Assembly (NCBI GenBank): GCA_000165345.1
Contig: CM000435.1
Coordinates: 352,001-416,000 of the forward strand
Reading direction: 5' to 3'
Length of the DNA: 64,000 bases
The position numbers and the translations under genes were made by a program. Of this stretch, positions 10,520 through 19,371 are shown piece after piece. Position 1 is the first letter of the stretch; every line of letters begins with the position of its first letter. The notes beneath the pieces were generated by a model that saw nothing but the letters and a program-made list of their open reading frames with translations, did not search any database and was not told where the DNA came from.

Positions 10520-11521
10520 ATGATTCTATTCAGTGGCCTCAGCAGAAGATCTCTTATCAAGTTGTTTCTCTTTTTGGCTGCAATTTCCGCATGTTCAGTA
10601 CTTCTGTTGTACTTGGAGTTTTCTGGGAACTCTCAACTTAAAACATTTGGAGATGTGTTACAAGCAGCAGTTAAAGATAGGTCAAGTGTTAGTGCTTCAG
10701 ACCTGTACACTTCGTTTTTTGCATTGATTTCTTACAAGCTAGCCGTTGTATTTTTGAAGTCGGTATCTTCATTTCTGTCCAAGAAGAGTATTTTCTTTTG
10801 GAGACTGCAACTAACAGAGTATTTCTTAGAGAACTGGGAGAATATTTACTTAATTGAGGGAGTGTCTCAGAGGATTCAAGAAGATACTATGAGATATTGT
10901 AGACTTTTTGAGAAGTTTTCAATTTTTGTTGTACAGGATTTATTCAAGCTTTTTATATACTTGCCTTTATTACTTGATCTAAGTAAGCATATAACAAGAA
11001 CATGGTTTATACCCAATACAAGGCATTTATTACTTGTTTTGATTATAATTAACTCCATAATTGGAACTTCCATTATTATTTTCCCAAGTAAATACTTATC
11101 TAGGCTCGTTTATAATATAGATAAGGAAGAAGCTGCATTTAGAAAGAACTTGGTTTTATTTGAACTTGAAGAAAGAGACTTTTCTAACTTCGACTTTGAT
11201 GGGAATTACATTAGTGTGGATAATACTCACAGAAGCTACTACAGAAGGTATTATTTTATTAAAATCCTCCAATTATTGCATTTTCGCCTGTCGATGATCA
11301 CTTATTGGTTGTTTGCTCATCCATCAATGGTACCTCCTTATACTCTAGGTCTTCTTAAACAGACAATGCATGCATTTGATGAAGTCTCATCAGTATTTAA
11401 CTTTGTGGTATCTCATTTCAAAAGCTTAGTAGAGTACATTGCAGTTTTTTTGAGATTAAATTTAATGGTTAAGCAAACTATAAAAGCTAAAGAAACCGAT
11501 AAATCTGGGATTTATCATTAA
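10520..11521 (+). CDS. Six-TM ABCD/SbmA-BacA-like transmembrane-domain protein with no NBD (paralog B). Transcribed divergently from paralog A
   Basis: 333 aa. Motifs shared with paralog A: ENWENIYLIEGVSQRIQEDTMR and EEAAFRKNLVLFELEE. Same helix order. Start codon only 85 bp from the paralog A start, on the opposite strand. Confidence 0.6.
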   Translation: MILFSGLSRRSLIKLFLFLAAISACSVLLLYLEFSGNSQLKTFGDVLQAAVKDRSSVSASDLYTSFFALISYKLAVVFLKSVSSFLSKKSIFFWRLQLTEYFLENWENIYLIEGVSQRIQEDTMRYCRLFEKFSIFVVQDLFKLFIYLPLLLDLSKHITRTWFIPNTRHLLLVLIIINSIIGTSIIIFPSKYLSRLVYNIDKEEAAFRKNLVLFELEERDFSNFDFDGNYISVDNTHRSYYRRYYFIKILQLLHFRLSMITYWLFAHPSMVPPYTLGLLKQTMHAFDEVSSVFNFVVSHFKSLVEYIAVFLRLNLMVKQTIKAKETDKSGIYH

Positions 11522-11647
11522 AACTACATATGGAATATTTTCAAGGAAATGTGGGTATTAATATAAAATCAATTCTAGTTGCTTTTTTTTTTTTAAAAAT
11601 TCTATTAAATTTATTAATTCTAAAGTTGAAGATTCTTTGTATTTTTA

Positions 11648-13840
11648 TTACTGAACTTCAAAGAAGATTGAAATATCATCTGACTCATTTGCAAAGAACT
11701 GAACACAGGAAATATTTCCATCTGGCCCATATCCTCCTTTTGAGATTTTGGTTACCTCCATTTTATCAATAGAAAGAAGCAAAAATTGCCCAAGATCTTT
11801 AACACTAATAACCCCTCTTCCAGAGCTAGAAGTGGCACTACTGATATAATGGCCCTTATAAATTGGCTCATTCTCTTTTATTGCAGAAGTTCTAAATACA
11901 TTAATATTCCCAGAACTGGTGTATTCAATTTGAAAAGAAAAACCTTCCTTTTTTGTATATATATCAACTTTCAACGCGCCATTGGAAAATCCTCCAATGA
12001 AATGAAGTACGCCCCCAACTGGAGAACCAGTGGAAGCTGAAGTAAAACAAAGCCTGTTGCTGTCGCATACAGTAGAAATATAAGAACCTCGGTGTTGCTC
12101 AAGAACGCAACTTTTCCTTATTGGTTGGAATTCCGAAGAAATCTTATCAATATTATCACCGTTAATATTCACAGAATAATCGCCCAATGTTTTACTTACT
12201 TTGGTACTTTTGACATTTTCTAAATTGTTAAAGTAGTTTCTACGTAATCCACCAGCATTTTCATCTTTAAGCACAAAAGTATCATTTTGTGGTATATTTT
12301 CATAATCAACTTTATCAAGATTGGTTAAATTGGTTATCAAAACCGCACTTTTTCCATTTACTCCTACTAAAAACTCGGCAACATCTGCATTGTTATCAAA
12401 GCTAATCATTGTTTTCTTTTTATCTTCAGTGGAATCTGAAGCCACTCTAACAGCTACAAAAGTTTGTCCATGGTTATCTTTTGACTGAGAATTACTTGAC
12501 TTAAGCACAGGAAGTATTCCGTCGATTGAGCATGTTCCACTTCCTGAATAAGAATACCTTGTGCAGGGCCTTGTTGGAAGCACAGTGGATGTAGGTTTAC
12601 GGTGAAGCCCTTCAAAGGTTATTCCATATGGAATTTCCCCATTTGGAATAACGATTGGGTCAAATGCATAGAAGCCATTGACTGATATTGTGACAAACAA
12701 AGAAGTAAAGACTAATTTAATTGCATAACTTTGGAATCCATAGCTTTGTAAAGGGAAATATCCTCCCTTAGATCTTATAATATCAGTGCCGCTTGTCCCT
12801 TTAAGAAACAGTCCATTATCATTAATAATGAGATGGAAAAGAATTAATCCTGAATTTGAATTTAATATCACGTGAGTTGTTGATGGCATCTTTACAGATT
12901 TACTTGATACTGATCCCGGTATTCCCAATAATATTTGGCTACCAGGAATTAAAGTACTTTTTGGGATTATAACATTTGATGAAAGACAAGTCTTTGAGTA
13001 TGGAGATATATTCAAGTTTGATATACTAGAACCAGTTACTGGTACACTTAGAACGCAGTTTTCCATTTCGTTATTTTCTATAAATGGAATTACCGAAATT
13101 CTTACATTTTCAAGTCCAGATGTTTGGATCTTGGAAATTCTAATAGGCTTTTCTGCAAGGTTAATATTTAAAATATTATATACCAAGTTATTTAAAGTGA
13201 AGGAAATTGTTGTATTTGTCAAAACCATTACAAAAGTCATCCTACCAATCCCTAAAGTAGAATTTGTTGCATCATTAGCAATCGTAAAATCATCTTGGCA
13301 CCCTTTCAACTCTAAAGTTGTTATTCCATCATTTACTTGAGTTCCATTCACTAATGAACTTATTTTTACGATCGCACTATTCTCTTTAGAGCCCAACTTG
13401 AATGAAATTAGTTCCGAATCATCTTCTGATTTGAATTCATAACTCATTCCAAATTTGTATGAATCTCCAACAATTGTTGTTGTGAATCTAGACGTAATTG
13501 GAACCAACAACGTGCTATTCGAATTATCACAGTTAATTGGCAAAGTTCTATTAAAGCATGAATCTTCTGTAAAATTCATATTTACTGGGATAATTTCTGG
13601 ATTGCTCAACTTGTTTCCCAAATTCTCTTCTGAGCTTTCAGTAATAGAAGTTGAATTCATTGTTCCATTCGAACTTGCCACCTCCTTGATTGGCTCTGCG
13701 CCACCATTTTTGCTTATGTCGCTATTCAGTGACAGATCAGATTCAATTGTTGTACTGACTTGTTGTGATTTAACCTCTACATTCAAGCAAATCGCTAATA
13801 TCAAAAATCCCAAACCTCTTAAAATTTTTCCCTGGTTCAT
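11648..13840 (-). CDS. Secreted S/T/N-rich glycoprotein, hypothetical
   Basis: 730-aa ORF. Signal peptide MNQGKILRGLGFLILAICLNVEVKS. Numerous NxS/T sequons. No catalytic motif. A promoter-like GCATG/CACGTAAT cluster lies 600-700 bp upstream. Confidence 0.6.
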   Translation of the reverse strand: MNQGKILRGLGFLILAICLNVEVKSQQVSTTIESDLSLNSDISKNGGAEPIKEVASSNGTMNSTSITESSEENLGNKLSNPEIIPVNMNFTEDSCFNRTLPINCDNSNSTLLVPITSRFTTTIVGDSYKFGMSYEFKSEDDSELISFKLGSKENSAIVKISSLVNGTQVNDGITTLELKGCQDDFTIANDATNSTLGIGRMTFVMVLTNTTISFTLNNLVYNILNINLAEKPIRISKIQTSGLENVRISVIPFIENNEMENCVLSVPVTGSSISNLNISPYSKTCLSSNVIIPKSTLIPGSQILLGIPGSVSSKSVKMPSTTHVILNSNSGLILFHLIINDNGLFLKGTSGTDIIRSKGGYFPLQSYGFQSYAIKLVFTSLFVTISVNGFYAFDPIVIPNGEIPYGITFEGLHRKPTSTVLPTRPCTRYSYSGSGTCSIDGILPVLKSSNSQSKDNHGQTFVAVRVASDSTEDKKKTMISFDNNADVAEFLVGVNGKSAVLITNLTNLDKVDYENIPQNDTFVLKDENAGGLRRNYFNNLENVKSTKVSKTLGDYSVNINGDNIDKISSEFQPIRKSCVLEQHRGSYISTVCDSNRLCFTSASTGSPVGGVLHFIGGFSNGALKVDIYTKKEGFSFQIEYTSSGNINVFRTSAIKENEPIYKGHYISSATSSSGRGVISVKDLGQFLLLSIDKMEVTKISKGGYGPDGNISCVQFFANESDDISIFFEVQ

Positions 13841-14457
13841 TTATTTTACCTCTTCCACGAAATCTTAAGTTATTGTTTTATTTGTCTTTACCACAACTTT
13901 ATCTCTCTTGTTTCTTCTTTCTAATATTAATTCTTATTTTTGGATTCAGCTTGGAATAAACCATTTACCCACACGTAATCTTAGAGTGTTATGCGCGCCA
14001 GATTGCATACCGGTATATGTTAATCTTGCATGTATGATTTAAGAAAAGAATAATAATCTTGGTCAAATGGATTCAAATAAATAATCAAAAACTTATATTT
14101 TATTTTATGCTTATTACAATTATCTCTCGCTTTATATTTGAATATTTTGAAGTTTTGATAACTTTAATTACTAGTTATTACATTTTTTATTCAACTTTTT
14201 TAACTCTTTAATAATTAATATTTCTCTAATCAATTTACTTAATTTCCGGATTTAAATGATGAGTTTTAGGTTAAACATGTGGTCAAAAATTGTTCTAATT
14301 TTTTCTTAATCAACAGATTTTATCTAATCAATATTATCTGATCTAGAGCTCAACTCCTTCCAATACTTCCACAAATAATATGCACTTCAGCAGACTCTAA
14401 ACCTCATCTCTACCTTTTTCTTCTAATTATTTTCCTCTCTCCAATCATTTATTGGCC

Positions 14458-14555
14458 TTGCATGTAATACACGTAATGTTTGCATGCTCATTTGCATGTA
14501 TTTGTTTGCATGTGCAAATTGACCACATGCACTGCTGTAACAAATGCCACGTAAC
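14458..14555. promoter_or_regulatory. Dense GCATG x5 plus CACGTAAT/CACGTAAC cluster (likely promoter of the 11648-13840 gene)
   Basis: ttgcatgtaatacacgtaatgtttgcatgctcatttgcatgtatttgtttgcatgtgcaaattgaccacatgcactgctgtaacaaatgccacgtaac. Confidence 0.5.
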
Positions 14556-14908
14556 AATAATCAATTTTCATACTTTAGAATAACAGAGTTCTACTGAAAT
14601 TTTGAAACAAAATTTTTTATTTTTTTTTGAATAGAACAAGTACAATAAAAAATATAAATATACAAAAAATAGTTTAATCACTAACAAGAGCTGGAACTTA
14701 AATTAAGGAGAAGGATGAATAGTTTTTGGAGAGTAATATGATATTTATTAGTTATTATCATTCTGGAGAAGAATCTAATATAAAGAACTAATGTCTCATG
14801 GAATTTTTTAATATTTCAAGGTTAAACGCAATAAATATTTTTCTGATGTTTATAATCAAAACAATTTCATAAGGTTTCATTAATAATCTGATATAAAGTT
14901 GGATTCCT

Positions 14909-16795
14909 TTACTCCAAATTCGTTAAATCACTATTAGAATTATCACAATTTATGTGTGAAGATTGATTTGCAGAAGATTTCGAAGAAGTAGAAGAATAAG
15001 AGGAATTCAAATTCAAGTTATTTTCGCCATCAAGCTTCCAAGAAAGAGCAGACTCAGCAATCTCACGAGTGAGAGATTCCACCCCCGATCCAAGCACTAT
15101 TGATTTCATTCCCAAGACTAATTTGAAAAGTTGTCTTCCAGAAAACCCTTCTGTCTTTCTAGCTAAGACATCCAAAAATGTTTGGTCTAAAGAGGGATGA
15201 ATCTTAATTGAATTATATAATGATGGTAAATTAATAAATTTCCCTGATTCGTAAGAACAATTGAAATTAAGTTCTAGAAATTGCTTAATAAGTTTAAGCC
15301 TTTCATTAAAGCCAGGATTGGGAAATTCAAAAACTTCATCTACCCTATCAATTACAGCACTATCCAAAGTTCCTGGGACATTTGTGGCAAGTAAAATACA
15401 AATATCTTTAGATTCTGTTCCAGTTTGGTGGAGAAAAGCACTGAGCGCATTTCTGGAATTTTCAGATTTACTGGAAGTTGTGGATTCTCTTCCTTTTGAC
15501 AAAAATGCTTCAGCCTCATCAATAAATAGCAGCATTCCCTTATTTGATTTACGAGCCCAATCAAAGACTTTATTTAATTCTGTTACTCCATTTTTTCCTA
15601 GTTTTCCCACATCTCCTCCTGACATTATAGCATAATCCAATCCACTTTCCTTTGCAAGCTTTCTAGCAAACATGGTTTTACCAGTTCCAGGTTTTCCCCA
15701 AAGCAACATATTTCTAAATGGTACATCAAATCTTCTTGAGTTCACCAAAGTATTTACAGTCCAATTTAGTCTATTTTCAAGTTCAGATGGCAATACAATA
15801 TTTTCAAAGACTTTTGGTTTTTTTACTAGTTTATTTCTCAGTCCTAAAAGTCTGAAAGCGATTGCTGGAGAAAAGAAGTTGTTTCTTACTTTTAATCCGT
15901 GTCTTGTTAGAAAACTCATATTGGTTTCCCTGATAAGACTTGGCCTTCCAAAGCTAGTTTCTATCATATTTGCTACTACTCTTGTAGTATTCTTTGCTCC
16001 ATAAATTCCAAAAGCCATTGCTGTTAAGCCTCCAACCAACATTGTAAGCTTTGATTTATCTTGGTATAAAGAGCTCCCCATTTCTCTAATACCTCCAAAA
16101 ATTGTTTTAATTGATTCTAAATGGGTTGTTCTACTTTCTTTTGCTTTGGCTTTAATTTCACCCAATCTTATATCTGCATTCTCTCTCTCAGCTTTAATCC
16201 TTCCAATAGTTTCTTCCCTAATCCTCACTTTAATATTCTCCTGCTGCAGCTTATTCTCATATTCTGATTGCCTTCTTTTCATCTCCAATATTTCTCGTTC
16301 ATTCTTTTTTCTAATCTCTTCCTGTTCCAAAAACTTGTCGTGTTGTTGTTTTAGCATCCTGGCATTCTGGCTTTCTTGTTCTTTCAGCTTTTTGTAGTAT
16401 GCCTCTGTCTCAAGCTTTGCCTTGTATTGGGATGTAGCCCTCTCCTCCTCCTGCTGATGAGTAATTGTTTTTCTTCTCTCATCAGCCTCTATTCGAGTTC
16501 TCTCTAGATTTGCTTTTGACCTATAAGCAGAACTCTGTTCAATATCTCGTTCAAGCTCTTTCTGTTTTGTCTTCTCTTGGAGCTTTATAATTTCAAATGC
16601 TTTTTGCGCATTAGGAGAAGAATCTAATTGTTTCAGAGCTTTTGCTCCTCTCTCCAGAGCTGTTGGGTCAAAGTTTCCATTAATGCTTCCCCCTCCATTC
16701 CCACCCGTATATTTTCCTCCAGAATCTTTATCACCACTTCCAGAATCTGGATTTGGGCTTCCTTGTCTTCCTCCGAATCCACTAAAGAACATCAA
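14909..16795 (-). CDS. ATAD3: ATAD3-family mitochondrial AAA ATPase
   Basis: Gly-rich N-terminus, then NFDPTALERGAKAL (the ATAD3 N-terminal signature). Charged coiled-coil. TM segment LTMLVGGLTAMAFGIYGA. AAA core LLWGKPGTGKTMFARKLA (Walker A) and LLFIDEAEAF (Walker B). An E2F-like TTTGGCGCCAA site sits 40 bp upstream of the ATG. Confidence 0.85.
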   Translation of the reverse strand: MMFFSGFGGRQGSPNPDSGSGDKDSGGKYTGGNGGGSINGNFDPTALERGAKALKQLDSSPNAQKAFEIIKLQEKTKQKELERDIEQSSAYRSKANLERTRIEADERRKTITHQQEEERATSQYKAKLETEAYYKKLKEQESQNARMLKQQHDKFLEQEEIRKKNEREILEMKRRQSEYENKLQQENIKVRIREETIGRIKAERENADIRLGEIKAKAKESRTTHLESIKTIFGGIREMGSSLYQDKSKLTMLVGGLTAMAFGIYGAKNTTRVVANMIETSFGRPSLIRETNMSFLTRHGLKVRNNFFSPAIAFRLLGLRNKLVKKPKVFENIVLPSELENRLNWTVNTLVNSRRFDVPFRNMLLWGKPGTGKTMFARKLAKESGLDYAIMSGGDVGKLGKNGVTELNKVFDWARKSNKGMLLFIDEAEAFLSKGRESTTSSKSENSRNALSAFLHQTGTESKDICILLATNVPGTLDSAVIDRVDEVFEFPNPGFNERLKLIKQFLELNFNCSYESGKFINLPSLYNSIKIHPSLDQTFLDVLARKTEGFSGRQLFKLVLGMKSIVLGSGVESLTREIAESALSWKLDGENNLNLNSSYSSTSSKSSANQSSHINCDNSNSDLTNLE

Positions 16796-16830
16796 AAATC
16801 AATTCCGGACCTTTAACTGTATTCATTGAG

Positions 16831-16841
16831 TTTTGGCGCCA
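16831..16841. promoter_or_regulatory. E2F-like TTTGGCGCCAA, 40 bp upstream of the ATAD3 ATG
   Basis: Exact palindromic core GGCGCC flanked by TTT/AA. Confidence 0.55.
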
Positions 16842-17292
16842 ATATCTATGACTATTAATAGTTTTTTTGTAAAAGGATTTTTGGATTAAATTCTTTTTAT
16901 AAAAATATATTTCAACTTTATTCTTGAACTATTTTAACGAAATCTAGTGGTTAATTAAGTTACTTAAATATTTTTATTCATTTCAAGAACAGGATCTTTA
17001 TTTGAGATTGCAGGTATTTGAACTGGAAAGAGCTTTATAGAACCTTATTTAAATATAAATCTTTAGAAACTCTATGTGTGCAAATATCTAGTTATTTATT
17101 TATAACAACTTTCCACTTACTTTTAGAAAATGGGCTCATGAATTTTCTTCTAATTCTGGATAAATATGGTCAATTCAAATGCAGCATTTTGGCGCCTAAA
17201 CATTTCAATATTCTATAAGAAATTCAAACTGACAAATATTAATCAAGAGGAGTTAACGCAGGTAAATACAAATAGCTAAAGAAGCAGAGATT

Positions 17293-17670
17293 ATGTCAGA
17301 CAGCTCAATCTTGCTTTACGAAAACAAAAGCCAAAGGGAAAGTGGAAGACCTTGGAAAGATACTCCAAATCTAAAATCCAAACTTCAAAAAAGAGTCACT
17401 GGTAAGAAGAAGACTTATGAGGAGAGGATTAGGGAGAAAAAGGAAATTCAAAGAATCAGAGGGATAGAATTGGCTGAAAAAGAGGAGAGAGCTAAAGCAA
17501 GAAAGGAAGCTAAGGAAAGAAAAAGACTAAAACAACAAGCCAAAATGAATAGGGAAATACTTTCTTCGGGAGTACAAGTAATTACAAGGACTGACAAGAT
17601 AAAGAACTGGAACAAGAAGGCAAGAAAGATGCTAAGAAAGGTTTCATTAGAATCTCTGAACTCGAGATAA
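17293..17670 (+). CDS. Cgr1/CCDC86-like nucleolar coiled-coil protein
   Basis: 125-aa Lys/Arg/Glu-rich ORF containing SGRPWKDTPNLKSK, which matches the Cgr1 GRPWK motif, then a basic coiled coil. TTTTGGCGCC lies about 100 bp upstream. Confidence 0.55.
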   Translation: MSDSSILLYENKSQRESGRPWKDTPNLKSKLQKRVTGKKKTYEERIREKKEIQRIRGIELAEKEERAKARKEAKERKRLKQQAKMNREILSSGVQVITRTDKIKNWNKKARKMLRKVSLESLNSR

Positions 17671-17853
17671 CAAAATTAATTAGGCTATTATTTTTTGAAT
17701 TATGTTAAATAAATCAACTAACTTGGATCGACATCTTTTCCTTCAGTACTTTACTTGGATGATTTGGTTTAGGATTAGTAATAGGAAATTGAGATCTCAA
17801 CCTTTTCCTGATCTCAGATTTGATTTTAACCCAACTTAAATGATTTATAAGTA

Positions 17854-19245
17854 TTATTCACTCTTTGCTTTGCTATTGTTCTTTGAAAAGAGTCTTGTGA
17901 ATGACGTGATTATACGTAATATGAAGTATAAGAATACGATGACAATCTGGATACCCCAAATGATTGAGACGATTATTATGCATAATCTACCAAATATCTG
18001 TCTTGCTGATTTTTCAACAATCATTTGAGGAATTTTAGAAATAGCCTCGATATGATTTTCATTACTTTCATTATCAAATTTGAAAATCTTCTTTAGCTTA
18101 ATATCTCCATTCAAATCCCTAATAGTGGCCTTAACTATGATTCCTGAACATTCTTTAGAATCTGTACATAAGTACTCAAAGTCAAGTTTTCCATAGTTTT
18201 CTCTAATAAAGTAATTTGGAGACTTGTCATTCAAAGACCAGCCCGTAAAGATTGGTAATGTTGTAGAAATAACAAAACTATCCAGAATTCGGTCACTTAC
18301 GCTATGAGTCATTCCACTTGAAGTAATTTCAACTAATGACTTCTGAGAATCGTCAGACTCAAAGATTTGACCCCAGTGGACATCCCCTGATAAGAAGAAT
18401 AGTCCTTTTGGTTTTGTCTTCTTAATAAGCGAAAACAATCTTTCTCTAGACTTTGGAAAATGTCCCCAACCTTCAACAATTGGGTATTGTGTGGTAACTT
18501 GTATAGATGAGATAATAATATTAGCAAGAGCCTTAGAGTTACTAAGTTCTTTCTCTAACCAATCCCATTGCTCCTTTCCCAACATATCTCCTTGATATGA
18601 ATGCCCATAGCCAAAAATAGATGCAAAGAAACGAAGAGATGCTGCAAAAATACTGGTAAATGGAGTATCCAAATGAGCGAAAGATAAAATACCATATCTT
18701 TCGTGAACGTAATAATTATCTCTATGATACCTTGTGTCCAAAATAATTACTTTAATTTGCTTTCCAGGAGGACCAAAAGTATGTGATGAGTAAACACCCT
18801 TCCTATTTCTTCTTGGAGAATCCTTAGGAAGAGAAATAAAGTCTAAAAATAGTTGCTGACTCTCGTCTTTAAAAGCAACGTATTTTCCACCATCGTTAAC
18901 ACCATAATCGTGATCGTCCCAAGTACCATCAACAAATAAACCAGTCTTCAAAAGGTCTCTATAAAATGAATTATTACTTTGAACAAGGTATCCCTTACTT
19001 ACACATACTGGAGACCCACATTTAGTATAAACAGAATCTCCCATCCAAAATAAAGCATCTGGTTTGTCAGATTGAATTGCTTTCCAATACTCTTGGCTTA
19101 CATAATTACCTGATTTATCTTGTTTCTGGCCATCCACACAGCTGATAAACACTAAAGATTTCAAAAGTTTCTCAGAGCTGCTGTCTTCTGCAAATACTCC
19201 AATGAATAGATGAAAAGTCAAATATATCCAAAATATGCTCGGCAT
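17854..19245 (-). CDS. Secreted PhoD-like metallophosphatase (calcineurin-like phosphoesterase fold)
   Basis: Motifs FWMGDSVY, WDDHDYGVNDGG, ILDTRYHRD and FLSGDVHWGQIFE. The likely start is the internal Met at 19245 (MPSIFWIYLTFHLFIGVFA, a signal peptide) rather than the ORF-track start at 19320. There is a hydrophobic C-terminal tail. Confidence 0.7.
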   Translation of the reverse strand: MPSIFWIYLTFHLFIGVFAEDSSSEKLLKSLVFISCVDGQKQDKSGNYVSQEYWKAIQSDKPDALFWMGDSVYTKCGSPVCVSKGYLVQSNNSFYRDLLKTGLFVDGTWDDHDYGVNDGGKYVAFKDESQQLFLDFISLPKDSPRRNRKGVYSSHTFGPPGKQIKVIILDTRYHRDNYYVHERYGILSFAHLDTPFTSIFAASLRFFASIFGYGHSYQGDMLGKEQWDWLEKELSNSKALANIIISSIQVTTQYPIVEGWGHFPKSRERLFSLIKKTKPKGLFFLSGDVHWGQIFESDDSQKSLVEITSSGMTHSVSDRILDSFVISTTLPIFTGWSLNDKSPNYFIRENYGKLDFEYLCTDSKECSGIIVKATIRDLNGDIKLKKIFKFDNESNENHIEAISKIPQMIVEKSARQIFGRLCIIIVSIIWGIQIVIVFLYFILRIITSFTRLFSKNNSKAKSE

Positions 19246-19371
19246 TTTGTAACAAGTAACTTTGAGAGTGCTGAAGCCCGCGCAGTTTTTGGCAGGAAGC
19301 TCTGGACGGGATTTACCCACAGTGTGAGGAAGAAATAGAAAAGAAAGAGAGAATAACTCGGGAATTGAACA

